Positions 10,009 to 19,071 of a stretch of 64,000 bases of DNA are shown piece by piece. Origin of the DNA: a plasmid; sequence record NZ_CP023779.1; one strand, written 5' to 3'. The notes beneath the pieces are model-generated. The model was not told where the DNA came from, did no database searches, and saw only the letters and a program-made list of their open reading frames with translations. Every line of letters starts with the position of its first letter. Positions within the stretch are counted from its first letter, which is position 1. The position numbers were made by a program, and so were the translations under genes.

Positions 10009-10342
10009 CGTGCTGATGGTCGTTGGTGTGCTCGCGCTGGGTGCGTCGCTGCTCGGTGCGGCGGTGCTGCTGGCGCTGATTCTGTGGAAGTGGGGGGCCG
10101 GGCTCGCGCGGGTGCTGGGTCTGTTCCTGATTCTGAGCAATCTCTATCGGCTGATGTTGGCCGTGTTCGTGCCGTGGGTGCTGGGCTCCGCGGCGCTGTG
10201 GCTGGCGGTCGGTGTCCTGCTCTGGTTGTTCGGGCACTGGGTGCACATCGTGCGTTATCGTCGGGCCCGTTCGCCCCTCGCACAGCGCGTTTTCGCCCTG
10301 CCGGGCCTGCGCGCCCTGGTGCCGTCTGCGGCCCGGCCTTAG
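10009..10342 (+). CDS. Small integral membrane protein (3 TM predicted)
   Basis: GTG start with RBS GGGAAGGGGG; very hydrophobic VVLMVVGVLALGASLLGAAVLLALIL... Confidence 0.5.
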
Positions 10343-10539
10343 CGCCTCGCACCGGCCGGGCGCAGGGTGGCGTCGCCTTCGTGTGCATTCCTCGCATCGC
10401 GGGCGACTCGGATAGTGCGAGATGGGCTCGCACTCTGGTTCGCACTGTCCCGCACTGGTCGCCGGTGCGAGGTCCGGAGTGATGGTGCGAGAGTGCGGCG
10501 GCAAGCGCTAGCCGGGACAGCCCGCATCGCGCTTTCGCG

Positions 10540-10785
10540 TCATGGGCATTGGCACGCTCCGTCTCGTAGCCAGCCGCATTCGGGGCACGGCGTGTCGAGC
10601 GTGAGCGGCTCGCCGGATGCGAGCCATTGATCGGTTGTGCGCCTCGGGGTTTTGACTTTCGGCGGTGTCGGGGCGTCCACCGCGATGATTCGTTGAGTGT
10701 CGCCTCGCCGGTGTGCGGCGGCGGCGAGATGGTCGAGCGCGGTGATAGGCGTCGGAATCGACGGCGGGTGCTCGGTCGCGGACAT
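10540..10785 (-). CDS. Small Cys-containing (zinc-ribbon-like) protein
   Basis: ATG with RBS GAGGAG; C-terminal CPECGW...CQCP. Confidence 0.5.
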   Translation of the reverse strand: MSATEHPPSIPTPITALDHLAAAAHRRGDTQRIIAVDAPTPPKVKTPRRTTDQWLASGEPLTLDTPCPECGWLRDGACQCP

Positions 10786-10944
10786 GTTGGGGGCTCCTCG
10801 GTGCGGCGGTGGGTGAGTTGCCCCGGGGCGGTCGTGCGCCGGGCCGGGCCGTCCACCCCGATAGAGCGGAGCGTGGGTGGACGGTGCGGCGCGGCGGGCG
10901 GCAGGGTGCGCGGGTGGCTCGGCTGCCGCTGTAGCGAGGTCGTG

Positions 10945-11292
10945 CTACCGGCTGACGGGCTCGACGTAGAGCACGTGGGTGGCACCATCGTGCCCGTGGA
11001 TGTCGATCAGGTCCGGCACTGAGTCGAAATCGGTTGTCGAACTGGGCTTGCCGGGGACACACCATCGGATCGTGGCCCGGCCGTCCGGCCACTCGACGCC
11101 GTTGGCCACGATTCCGACGCCGGAGTACCCGGTGAGATCTTTGGTGCGATACAGGACGAATACCCGTACGTCGGTGGTGATGACGGTCGGCGTCTCCGCG
11201 CGCGGGTCGGCGATGGTGCGGCGGGAGTGGCCGGTTTTCGCTGTCGCCGTGGTCGGCTCGCCGGGCCTGTACGCGGTGGCGTTATCCGGCAC
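10945..11292 (-). CDS. Hypothetical protein
   Basis: GTG start overlaps upstream stop (GTGCCGGATAA); high GC3. Confidence 0.45.
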   Translation of the reverse strand: MPDNATAYRPGEPTTATAKTGHSRRTIADPRAETPTVITTDVRVFVLYRTKDLTGYSGVGIVANGVEWPDGRATIRWCVPGKPSSTTDFDSVPDLIDIHGHDGATHVLYVEPVSR

Positions 11293-11725
11293 GGCGGGCC
11301 TCCTGGGCCGGGGCGGGCGGCAGCACGATGAGGTCATCGGCGCGTACGTCGCGCGGCACCGGGACACCCCACGGGTTGTCTTCGATGTCGACCTCGTACC
11401 AGGGTCCGGCGCGCTCAATGTCGACGCCGAGCGGGTGCACCTCGTTTCGCACGGTGCCGTGCAGGATGCCGAGCGGCTCGCCGTAGCTGGTGAATGCGGC
11501 ATTGAGCCAGAGCACGCGGTCGCCGGGCTTGAGCGGATCGCACGGTTCGCCGGGCGCCACAGGCGCGGCCTGTAGCAGGGCCGTAGCAGCCTCTAGGGCG
11601 CGATTCCAGCGTTCGCCGGCCTCGGCTTCCCCCTCAGCTGTGGGCCCGTCTACGGCGCGTGTGTAGGCGGCGGCGGCCGCCGCGAGCTCGGCGGCGACGA
11701 GATGACGGTTTGCGGGGCTGGTCAT
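11282..11725 (-). CDS. Hypothetical protein
   Basis: ATG at 11725 (MTSPANRHL...); the longer N-terminal extension is Pro/Arg-rich and was rejected. Confidence 0.5.
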   Translation of the reverse strand: MTSPANRHLVAAELAAAAAAYTRAVDGPTAEGEAEAGERWNRALEAATALLQAAPVAPGEPCDPLKPGDRVLWLNAAFTSYGEPLGILHGTVRNEVHPLGVDIERAGPWYEVDIEDNPWGVPVPRDVRADDLIVLPPAPAQEARRAG

Positions 11726-11757
11726 GGCGGGGCTCCTGGGGCTCGGGGTCGGGCGGG

Positions 11758-12159
11758 TCATGCCGCGGCGGCGGGGTCGGGGCCGGGGGCTCCGGCGGGG
11801 ATGTAGGGGATTTGGCCGAGGACGACGGTCTTCGTCTCGGTCGTCCATGGCACGGTTGCGTTGTGGCGGTCGGCCCAGTGCTGGGCGTCGGCGGGGTCGG
11901 CGAATGCGGCTTTGACTTCCTGCGGAGTGTCGGAGGAATCGAGGTCGTTGCTGTCGCGTTCGATGGCTTCGATGCCGACCAGGTGGACGACGGCCGGACC
12001 GCGCAGTGCTTCGGCGGCGAGTTCGGCGAGTTCGGCCAGCGCGAGGGCTGCCTCGTGCTCATCGGTGCCCGCGAGTCCTTCGACGGCGGCCTCGCGCAAC
12101 TCCGCGACGGCGGCGCGAAGGTCGGCGGCGAGCTTGTGCGCGGTGCGGGTGGTGGTCAT
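11758..12159 (-). CDS. Hypothetical protein
   Basis: ATG at 12159 preceded by CAGGAG RBS. Confidence 0.5.
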   Translation of the reverse strand: MTTTRTAHKLAADLRAAVAELREAAVEGLAGTDEHEAALALAELAELAAEALRGPAVVHLVGIEAIERDSNDLDSSDTPQEVKAAFADPADAQHWADRHNATVPWTTETKTVVLGQIPYIPAGAPGPDPAAAA

Positions 12160-12188
12160 GCTTTGCTCCTGAATGGCGAGTCGGGGTG

Positions 12189-12419
12189 TCATGCGGCAGG
12201 GTCGGCCATCGCTGTGATGCGGTCGGGCCGGAATCCTGACCAGTGATCCGACCCGGCGACGACGACGGGCGCGGTCAGATAGCCAAGGCTGAGAACGAAC
12301 TCGCGGGCCTCCGGCTGTTCGGTGATATCAATGGCCGTGAATTCGATGCCCGCTTTGTCGAGTGCTCGATACGTGGCCGTGCATTGCACGCAACCCGGTT
12401 TCGTGTAAACGGTGACGTT
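12189..12419 (-). CDS. nrdH: NrdH-like glutaredoxin
   Basis: VNVTVYTKPGCVQCTATYRALDKAGIEFTAIDI...APVVVAGSDHWSGFRPDRI is very close to NrdH redoxins (CVQC active site, WSGFRP motif); GTG start with GAGGGG RBS. Confidence 0.75.
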   Translation of the reverse strand, partial: NVTVYTKPGCVQCTATYRALDKAGIEFTAIDITEQPEAREFVLSLGYLTAPVVVAGSDHWSGFRPDRITAMADPAA

Positions 12420-12549
12420 CACAATTCCCCTCCGCTCATCATTCCCCTTTTCCTGGTTAATTCTAACAATGCTGGCAGCGTCGAACAATGAATGTCGAAT
12501 AATTTCCGCAGAGTAATTCACAAGCGGGTTGCTGCCGTAACTTCTGTAA

Positions 12550-13236
12550 TTACGAAATGGCGTTAGAGTGCCGCTGGCGGTGTAGTTCGGTGCGCCGAAA
12601 CCGGCCGAATTCTGCGGAATTCCACCGTCTCGGAATGGTGAAACGAGTATCCGGGAGAGTGCTGCCAACGGATGTCAGTAATTCTCGGATTATTTCTGTA
12701 CTACGCAATCCCGGCGGCTCGGGAAACAACTCGCTCATATCGGCGCTGTCGGCGACGGCGCAAATGGCCTGCGAGAGCGGGAGCGCGCCCCGCCGGGTGG
12801 TCGCGTAGGTGCCTTCGAGGGGGCCGAACGTTCGGCCGTGCAGGTCGATCGGCGGCTCGACGTGAAGTGTGTAGGCGGCGCTCCAGTCGATTTCGCTGCC
12901 GGTGCGGGGCACGATGAGCGGGTACCGGCGTTCGAGCGCGTCGGCCACGATGCCGTAGCCGTTCGGGCTTATTTCGCGGGTGCTGAGCACGCCGTGAATG
13001 CCGTAGATGACGGGCCCGCGGGCGTCGTTGCCTGTTCCCATCGCCTCGTATCGGCGGGCCAGCTCGCGCACGGCGGCGTCGGGCGGGCCGTCCGTCCAGC
13101 CGACCATTACCCAGTTCCGCCACTCGGCGCGGCCGCCGCGCACGATGAACCGGACACCGGGCCAGCGGTCGGCGAGTTCGGCGCGGATGCGCCGGGTCAC
13201 CTCCCGCGCCCCGAGGATCCGCACCGGCGGTGTCAT
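12550..13236 (-). CDS. Hypothetical protein
   Basis: ATG at 13236 overlaps upstream stop (ATGA); the Arg-rich 160-aa N-terminal extension in the ORF track was rejected. Confidence 0.55.
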   Translation of the reverse strand: MTPPVRILGAREVTRRIRAELADRWPGVRFIVRGGRAEWRNWVMVGWTDGPPDAAVRELARRYEAMGTGNDARGPVIYGIHGVLSTREISPNGYGIVADALERRYPLIVPRTGSEIDWSAAYTLHVEPPIDLHGRTFGPLEGTYATTRRGALPLSQAICAVADSADMSELFPEPPGLRSTEIIRELLTSVGSTLPDTRFTIPRRWNSAEFGRFRRTELHRQRHSNAIS

Positions 13237-13676
13237 CGCGCGCCCCCGGCGGTTGTCGTCAGCACCGGCCCGGCGGCGGCGTCGATCTTGCTGCGGTATC
13301 CGGCGACGCTGCGGCGCGGTTCGACGGCCTCGGCGTCGTCGATGAGCTTGCGCGCCCGGTCGAGTTCTCGGGCCTTGTATGCCTTTCCGGCGGCCTTGAC
13401 CAGGCGGTCCCACTCTTCGGCGCGGGCCTGCGCGGCACGCTTGCGCTCGGCCGGGCTGCGGTGCAGTACCTCGGGGTGCTGGCGCAGGTAGGCGGCCACG
13501 GCGTCGGCGACCGGGCCCAGACCGTAGGCGGCCTGAAGGGTGCGCAAGTGTCCCTCGGTCACGTAGCGCGCGGCGTCGTCGACGCCGAAGGCGAACGGTC
13601 CGCCGTAGTACTGGGCGGCGAAGTCGTCGGCGGCGTACTCGATGAGCTTGCCCTCGACCGGGGTGAATTCGGTCAT
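13233..13676 (-). CDS. Hypothetical protein
   Basis: ATG with AAAGGA RBS about 40 nt downstream of operator pair (a). Confidence 0.55.
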   Translation of the reverse strand: MTEFTPVEGKLIEYAADDFAAQYYGGPFAFGVDDAARYVTEGHLRTLQAAYGLGPVADAVAAYLRQHPEVLHRSPAERKRAAQARAEEWDRLVKAAGKAYKARELDRARKLIDDAEAVEPRRSVAGYRSKIDAAAGPVLTTTAGGAR

Positions 13677-13709
13677 CGGAGATACATCCTTTCGGTCGAT
13701 AAGTCAGTA

Positions 13710-13737
13710 CCATAGTACTATGTCACCATAGTACTAC
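13710..13737. promoter_or_regulatory. Operator pair (a): CATAGTACTATG then 4 nt then CATAGTACTACG
   Basis: Perfect 12-bp palindrome plus near-copy, 35-65 nt upstream of the 13676 start codon. Confidence 0.6.
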
Positions 13738-13809
13738 GAGTAGGATAAGATCACCATGGGTGATCGGTGAGAAGGGGATCGGCGCGTATCACCCTCGCGC
13801 CGAGGGGTT

Positions 13810-14127
13810 TCAGTCTTCGGCTGCGGCGCGCTTCTTGTCCGCTATCTGCTGGTGCGTTACGACGCGCACCGCTCCGGCCTTGACCGGCTGCCACGGCTGG
13901 CCGCCGTTCTTCTCGCGCTCCAGGTTTTCGACATCGGCCAAGATGATGCTTTTGAGGTAGTCGGAGAACGATCCGGTGTGGTCCTGGAGCCAACCGAATT
14001 GGTAGGCGGCTCGCACCCGGTCGGCTTCGTCGGGGTCGAAGTATGCGCCGATGCGGCCCTTGTTCATGGTGGCGCTCTTGGTGTTCTTGGCAGCTTCGCC
14101 GCTGCTGCCCTTCCTCGCTCCCGGCAT
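13810..14127 (-). CDS. Ribbon-helix-helix DNA-binding protein; candidate repressor of the palindrome regulon or ParG-like; an alternative start at 14244 is coupled to the upstream ORF
   Basis: KGRIGAYFDPDEADRVRAAYQFG...SFSDYLKSIILADVENLE gives a clear beta-alpha-alpha RHH pattern; RBS GGAAAGG before the ATG at 14127. Confidence 0.5.
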   Translation of the reverse strand: MPGARKGSSGEAAKNTKSATMNKGRIGAYFDPDEADRVRAAYQFGWLQDHTGSFSDYLKSIILADVENLEREKNGGQPWQPVKAGAVRVVTHQQIADKKRAAAED

Positions 14128-14146
14128 GGCCGCCTTTCCCGCGCTC

Positions 14147-14175
14147 CCGTAGTGCTGTGGTGCCATAGTACGGGC
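14147..14175. promoter_or_regulatory. Degenerate operator pair (b) upstream of the RHH gene
   Basis: CCGTAGTGCTGTG ... GCCATAGTACGGG resembles the CATAGTACTATG pairs with mutations. Confidence 0.35.
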
Positions 14176-14240
14176 TCGACCGGGGCGGGCCGGGCGGTGC
14201 GCCGGCGCGCGGGTCGCGGGCTGTTCGGGCGTGGTGGCGG

Positions 14241-14420
14241 TCATGACGGGGGCTCCTTCGGGGTAGCGGCGGTGCGGCTGGCGGTGGGCAGGAACGGCCC
14301 GAATGCGGCGCGGCAGCGGTCGCACAGTTCGGCATCCGCGGCGGGCCGGGGGCAGATGGCGCAGCGGTCGAGCTGCTGCGCGGTGTACGGGCGGGGTTGG
14401 GTGGCGTGGGCGGTCACCTC
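14241..14420 (-). CDS. Possible small zinc-ribbon protein
   Basis: C-terminal CAICPRP...CDRCRAAF; stop overlaps an in-frame ATG of the RHH ORF (ATGA); the start is unclear. Confidence 0.3.
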   Translation of the reverse strand, partial: EVTAHATQPRPYTAQQLDRCAICPRPAADAELCDRCRAAFGPFLPTASRTAATPKEPPS

Positions 14421-14583
14421 GTGGTGTCTTTCTGGTGTGGTGGCGTGCGCGGGGGAGCTCCGTTGCTCCCCCACTCGGCACCCTGTTGTGCCTGGCCTGG
14501 TGGGCGGATGGGTCCGGACCTGGGCGCGGGGAGCGTCGGCGATCCCCACTCGGCACGTCGTCGGGCCTGGTCGGTGGAGAGGT

Positions 14584-15621
14584 CTACTGCTCGTCGCTGC
14601 GCGTGCCGCTGGCGTCGAAATCGACGCGCTGACCGGCGCTGTTGGTGAGGCCGGTGATTTTGTTGATGGGAAGTTTGTTGTTCCATCCGGGCTCGACATC
14701 GAGAGTCACCGTGGTCTTGTTGACCCGTAGCACCGCTTCCGGCCGGGGCCGCGATGACTGCCCGGTGTGCACGTAATCGCCGCGCCGGATCATGGCGGCG
14801 GTGAACACGACGGCACCGGCGGCGCGGGCGGCATCGAGTTGCGCACGCTCGTAGGCGATTTCGTCGGCGCGCTGCGCGATGGCGGCCTCGAGCCGTGCGC
14901 GGTATTCGCCGGTCGCGGGCGGGGTGGCCTGGGTGATCGGGTGGCCGGTCTGGCCGTTGATGCCGAGATTGCGGGTGTAGCCGTCGCGGGCCCGCTCGTC
15001 GGCGCGCTGCTCGGCCTCGAGCCGGGCTATACGCCGCTGGATCACTCCGGGGCATTCCGGGGCGGTCGCGGTGAATTCGGCGGTCTGGGCGCGCTGCTCG
15101 GTCGCGGCAGCCTTCGCCCGAGCCTCGCGGGCCTGCACGCCGGTACGGTCGGCGCACTCGTGCAGCCGTTCGTGACGACGCTGCGAATGATGGCCGATCT
15201 TGATCGGTTCGCCGCCGGGCGGCAAGGACTGGTGCGCGCGATCCGCGGCGGCCTCGGCGGCTGCGGCCTGGCGGTGGTGACGCTCGGCCTTGTCCCGCAA
15301 CGCATCCGCCCGGGCCCGGCGCTGGGCCGCACGGTCGGCGGCGACCTCATCGGCGGCGCGGTGGCGACGGTCGATCCGCACGCTCACGCTGTGACCGGCT
15401 TCGCGCAGCGCCTCGGCCGCACCGGTGATCGCGAGATTGTTCGGCTGGCGGTCGCGGGAATTGCGGACAATCCAGCCGCCCAGGCTGTTCGACCACTTCC
15501 AATAGCGGCGCCCGATGCGCCGCTCGACCGTGCACATGATCTCGTAGGTGCCATCGCCGCGGCAGTCACCCTCGAGCTGGGTGCCTTCGGCGGCGGTGTG
15601 GGTGATGGTCAGTTCGGCCAT
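14584..15621 (-). CDS. DUF3560 domain protein
   Basis: N-terminus MAELTITHTAAEGTQLEGDCRGDGT matches the characteristic DUF3560 start; RBS GGAGG 9 nt upstream; Arg/Ala-rich coiled middle. Confidence 0.7.
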   Translation of the reverse strand: MAELTITHTAAEGTQLEGDCRGDGTYEIMCTVERRIGRRYWKWSNSLGGWIVRNSRDRQPNNLAITGAAEALREAGHSVSVRIDRRHRAADEVAADRAAQRRARADALRDKAERHHRQAAAAEAAADRAHQSLPPGGEPIKIGHHSQRRHERLHECADRTGVQAREARAKAAATEQRAQTAEFTATAPECPGVIQRRIARLEAEQRADERARDGYTRNLGINGQTGHPITQATPPATGEYRARLEAAIAQRADEIAYERAQLDAARAAGAVVFTAAMIRRGDYVHTGQSSRPRPEAVLRVNKTTVTLDVEPGWNNKLPINKITGLTNSAGQRVDFDASGTRSDEQ

Positions 15622-15640
15622 TGTCGCGGTCCTCCTTCGT

Positions 15641-15686
15641 TTGCAGTACCGTAGTACTATGGCTTCATAGTACTGTGGTACTGCAA
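15641..15686. promoter_or_regulatory. 46-bp near-perfect palindrome (c) containing two CATAGTACT(A/G)TG-type sites
   Basis: TTGCAGTACCGTAGTACTATGG-CTT-CATAGTACTGTGGTACTGCAA; 21-bp arms with 2 mismatches, ending ~20 nt upstream of the DUF3560 gene RBS. Confidence 0.6.
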
Positions 15687-15705
15687 GGTTTGCCAAGGGG
15701 CGGTT

Positions 15706-16092
15706 TCAGAATCCGGTGACGTCGGCAGCGTCTTCGATACGCCAGACGCGCACGGACACAGTGACGGGTCTGCGGTTGCGGTCGTCGCCGAAAACCCATG
15801 CCTCGCCGTCGATTCGGCGGCCGGTGTCGACCAGTCCGGCAACCATGGGGCCGTGCAGTCCGCCCGTGTAGACCAGGGTGCCGTCCGCATTCAGGTAGTA
15901 GCTGCCCGTCCCTCGGACGAGATGGAAACCGCCGGGGAAGACGTGACCGATGCGGCGGGGCCCGGCGGGGGTGTCGAGATAGTCGCCCGAGCCCGGGCGG
16001 GTGAATTCGGCGTGCCGCGCGATTCGTTCCAACACCGGCGTGCCTCGGTCGGCTCCGGCGCTGCGGCTGGCGGTGGTCTCGGTGCGGTTCAT
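15706..16092 (-). CDS. Hypothetical protein
   Basis: ATG at 16092 overlaps upstream stop (ATGA); the N-terminal 250 aa of the ORF-track entry are Arg/Pro-rich and were rejected. Confidence 0.55.
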   Translation of the reverse strand: MNRTETTASRSAGADRGTPVLERIARHAEFTRPGSGDYLDTPAGPRRIGHVFPGGFHLVRGTGSYYLNADGTLVYTGGLHGPMVAGLVDTGRRIDGEAWVFGDDRNRRPVTVSVRVWRIEDAADVTGF

Positions 16093-16474
16093 AGCGGATA
16101 GTCCTCCTCGTCGTCGATGTATTCCGGTTCCTCGTCGCGGAACCACTCCGGGTCTCCGGACGGGTATCCGGCGTCGGGTTCGTCGATGAGCTCGTACTCG
16201 AGGGCCCACCGCGGATGAGTGCCCAGCACCGCGCGGGACGTGATCAGGTGCTCGCGAAACGCCTGTTCGGTGTCCCGGCACCCCCGCACGAGCTCGGGAA
16301 CCACTGCGCTGGGACTGATGCCCGAATCGGGAAAGCCATGTCCGGGTTGTTGAAAGCGGCCTCGGCGGCGCGCACGGCGGCCAGCAGCTCGAGCGCGCGG
16401 GCGTGCTCCGGGGACGAGTCGGCCGGATGCGGGTCCGGGTCGGGGGACATCCACGGTGCCGGGATTGAAGGCAT
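16089..16474 (-). CDS. Hypothetical acidic-tail protein, apparently frameshifted (possible pseudogene or sequencing error)
   Basis: Strong RBS AGGAGGAAG before the ATG at 16474 in one frame (MPSIPAPW...AEAAFNNPDMAFP); the C-terminal 80 aa with acidic tail continue in another frame from about 16320 and are ATGA-coupled to the next gene. Confidence 0.3.
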
Positions 16475-16580
16475 GACGCTTCCTCCTGGGGGCGCGGGAC
16501 ACGTCCGCGCGCTTGCGGGGCGGGTGATGACCCGGTGCGCGCGAGGACGCGGACACCCGCGCGCACCGGGGACTGTGGGG

Positions 16581-17015
16581 TTACCGCTCGTAGCGGTCGT
16601 GGACGCGCAGCACGTCGGGGGCCGGGTACTCCAGCAGGGCAGAAAGCACCTGCCGGAATTGGCTGGCACCATTGCCCGCGAAGTTGCCGCCGTGCGCGGT
16701 GCCGGGCCGGCGGTGGATCCGGCCGTCGTCGGTGAGCTCCACCGGCTCGAGGTGGGCCTCCCGTTCGCCGTTGCGCCAAATGCCCGCGCGCCGGACCACC
16801 ACGACCACCGGCGGCGCGTCGTCGCGCACGGGGTTCGCTCGCCACTCGGCGACCGGCACGATGGTGCCGTTCACTCGGGGGTCGGTGGTGTTGAGCACGC
16901 CGACCACGGTTACTCGGTCGTACTTCGCGGTGATCCCGCCGAGTGTGAAATCGGCGTCGGCTTCCGCGGAGCGGTAGACGCTGAGGGTCAGGCCCTTGAT
17001 GTCGCTGGTGGTCAC
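16581..17015 (-). CDS. Hypothetical protein
   Basis: GTG at 17015 with GGAG RBS; the ORF-track ATG at 17045 lies inside the operator and was not preferred. Confidence 0.5.
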   Translation of the reverse strand: MTTSDIKGLTLSVYRSAEADADFTLGGITAKYDRVTVVGVLNTTDPRVNGTIVPVAEWRANPVRDDAPPVVVVVRRAGIWRNGEREAHLEPVELTDDGRIHRRPGTAHGGNFAGNGASQFRQVLSALLEYPAPDVLRVHDRYER

Positions 17016-17041
17016 TTTCTCCGCCTCTCTTCGGTATAACG

Positions 17042-17071
17042 CCATAGTACTATGGTGTCGTAGTACTATGC
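17042..17071. promoter_or_regulatory. Operator pair (d): CCATAGTACTATGG then 3 nt then CGTAGTACTATGC
   Basis: Same palindrome family, immediately upstream of the 16581..17015 operon. Confidence 0.6.
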
Positions 17072-17102
17072 AATGTTGGGCGGTGTGATCGGCGCCACAG
17101 AG

Positions 17103-17414
17103 CTATCGCGCACGGATCCGGTTTGTTCGGCGCTGCTGCTCGGCGTACCGGTCGATCTGGTCACGGTCGACATCGTGAATCGCCAGCTCGCGAATTGCGG
17201 CGGCGCGAGCGCTGGACGGCAGGGCCGCGATGCGCCACAGCTCGGCGACCCATTCCCGTTCGGCCTCGAAATGGCGCTCGGAGTCGGTGACCAGGCAGTA
17301 CCGGGGGCGGTGTTCGTGGTAGTCGCGGCATTCCAGGCTCGCGGCTTCCTCGGGCGTCACGGGCGACAGTCGGGCGTATCGCTGCGGGCAGCGGGTCGTG
17401 GGATCCAGGGACAT
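17103..17414 (-). CDS. Hypothetical protein (three Cys; not a WhiB)
   Basis: ATG with GAGAGGAG RBS; 103 aa. Confidence 0.55.
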   Translation of the reverse strand: MSLDPTTRCPQRYARLSPVTPEEAASLECRDYHEHRPRYCLVTDSERHFEAEREWVAELWRIAALPSSARAAAIRELAIHDVDRDQIDRYAEQQRRTNRIRAR

Positions 17415-17461
17415 CGGGGCATCTCCTCTCGGGGGCGGGCGGGGATCGGCTCGAGCTCCGG

Positions 17462-17504
17462 GGGAGGCGCGCCGGGTAGCTAGCGACTATCCGGCGCGCC
17501 TCCC
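17462..17504. repeat. Intergenic hairpin with a GTAGCTAGCGACTA core (copy 1)
   Basis: 14-bp perfect stem GGGAGGCGCGCCGG / CCGGCGCGCCTCCC around the loop GTAGCTAGCGACTAT; between the DUF932 stop and the next RBS; no U tract. Confidence 0.4.
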
Positions 17505-17516
17505 GCTCTTGCTCGG

Positions 17517-18338
17517 TCAGCCCTTGTACTTGCGCATTTCCTCGGCGAGCACCCACAACGCGCGGTTGAGCTTCACGTTGCCGTCGATGCCGTTGACCGG
17601 CCGGGTCCGGGTGCGCTGGCCCTTGGCGGTGGTGCCACGCACTCCGCCCTTGGTCACCCGCTCCTGTACCCGGTTGAACACGCTCCACATGTCGTCTCCG
17701 GCGTCCTCGACCCGGCGCGGGGTGAGCAGCTGGCGGGCGGCGATCGGGGCCTTCTCTGGTTCGTCGTAGCGCAGCGCAAGGGCCGCCTTGGCGAAGGCGT
17801 GCTGTTCGCCCGTCTCCAGCGGCAGGGCCTTCATGTCGTCGCGTTCGGCCTCGACGAGCTCGAACTGATCGAGCACGGTGTACGCGCCTTCGATCACGTC
17901 GTCGACCACGTTGCCGGAGTGGCGAACTCGGATATCGTCGATCGTTTCGCCGCACACCATGCCGTTGGTGCACACGAATCGGAACATGCCCGCGAGCATC
18001 TGATACGAGCTGGTGCCGTCGTGCGAGTTCAACAGGATGATCTCGTTCGTCTCGTCGGCGCGGATCGCCGTTGCGTGACGCAGCCGGACCATGTGCTTGC
18101 AGAACTCGCGGCGGCTTTCGTCGCGCACCCGGCTTTGCGCCACCGCGAAGGGCTGGAATCCCTCGCGCTGCAAGCCGCGCAGCACGTCGATGGTCGGGAT
18201 GTAGGTGTAGCGCGCGCTGCGGTCCGCGTGCGCCTCGGTCGCGAAGATGCTCGGCGCGACGCGACGGATCGCGTCGTCGGTCAGCGGGTCGTCCGAGCGA
18301 ATCGAAACGGCGTTGCGGATCTTCGATGCCAATGGCAT
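17517..18338 (-). CDS. DUF932 domain protein (phage/plasmid-like, TIGR03299-type)
   Basis: 273 aa with MPLASKI start, NSHDGTSSYQ motif, and a size and pattern typical of DUF932; RBS AAGGGAG. Confidence 0.7.
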   Translation of the reverse strand: MPLASKIRNAVSIRSDDPLTDDAIRRVAPSIFATEAHADRSARYTYIPTIDVLRGLQREGFQPFAVAQSRVRDESRREFCKHMVRLRHATAIRADETNEIILLNSHDGTSSYQMLAGMFRFVCTNGMVCGETIDDIRVRHSGNVVDDVIEGAYTVLDQFELVEAERDDMKALPLETGEQHAFAKAALALRYDEPEKAPIAARQLLTPRRVEDAGDDMWSVFNRVQERVTKGGVRGTTAKGQRTRTRPVNGIDGNVKLNRALWVLAEEMRKYKG

Positions 18339-18389
18339 TGTGGCGACTCCCTTTTCGGTGTGGTTCCGGCGGTCTCTCCGTCGGTAACT

Positions 18390-18419
18390 CCATAGTACTA
18401 TGGAGCCGTAGTACTATGC
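18390..18419. promoter_or_regulatory. Operator pair (e): CCATAGTACTATGG then 3 nt then CGTAGTACTATGC
   Basis: Upstream of a ~50-nt leader conserved with site (f), then the DUF932 gene. Confidence 0.6.
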
Positions 18420-18518
18420 AACTGGTCGGATTGTGATGGCTGCCACAGCAGCCGAGGCCGCGGCGCTCAGCCGGGAAACGGGTGGCCCCGGCGCTCGGGG
18501 CTGTGGGTCGTCGGCGGG

Positions 18519-19071
18519 CTATTCTCGCCTGCCACCGGTGCCGGGCTGGTGGGCTTCCGGGTCGAACAGGGCGGGTTGGATCGGCGGTGTCGCTGCCGAA
18601 GGCTGTGCGGGCCTGCTACGGCTGCGAGCGGGGGCGCGTAAGGCCGGGGTGGTGCCGAACAGTTCGAGTTCGATCGGCGCGGGCGGTGTCTCGGATTCGG
18701 TGAGCCAGAATCGCCGCTTTCCGTGCGCATAGGCGCGGACATCGAGGCTGTACTCGAGGGTCGTCACCACAGGGTCGGCAAGCTCGGTGCGCTCGTAGCG
18801 CAGCGTCCAGGCGCGGCCGCGCGCGATGTCGTCGAGCTCCTCGCCGAGATGGGCACGGCAAACGCAAATCTCCCACGATTCGCGCGTCCCCCACGGGGTG
18901 TAGTCGAGCCGGATCCGGTGGGCTGCACGGACCTTGCACGCGAAACCGGTTCCGCCGGTGCCGGTTTCGGGGTCGGGTGGGGTCGTCCAGACAAAGCGCT
19001 CGCAGGTGGGTACCTGCCAGTTGCTCGTGATCGACCGGCGAGAGATGATCCGCGGCGCGTCGGTGGTCACG
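18519..19071 (-). CDS. Hypothetical Cys-containing protein
   Basis: GTG at 19071 overlaps upstream stop (GTGA); the Arg-rich N-terminal extension was rejected. Confidence 0.5.

Noticed and set aside
12550-13713. Full-length 387-aa, 379-aa and 712-aa ORFs at 12550..13713, 15706..16845 and 40429..42567
   Set aside because: The N-terminal halves are Arg-rich and overlap neighbouring genes in other frames. Internal ATG starts with ATGA coupling or an RBS give compact, sensible proteins.
16581-17045. Leaderless start at the ATG inside operator site CCATAGTACTATGG
   Set aside because: A GTG 30 nt downstream has a good GGAG RBS, and the other operator-controlled genes have 30-55 nt leaders. The leaderless option remains possible.
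17103-17414. WhiB-like transcription factor call
   Set aside because: Only three cysteines and no C-X2-C-X5-C arrangement. Left as hypothetical.
17462-17504. Interpretation of the GCTAGC-core hairpins as rho-independent terminators
   Set aside because: No U tract follows on the transcribed strand, and they sit between coupled genes of one operon.
17161-18393. 410-aa minus-strand ORF beginning MELPTERPPEPHRKG
   Set aside because: It reads through the conserved non-coding leader (the same translation appears at 20348..20719) and runs out of frame across two better-supported genes (17517..18338 and 17103..17414).
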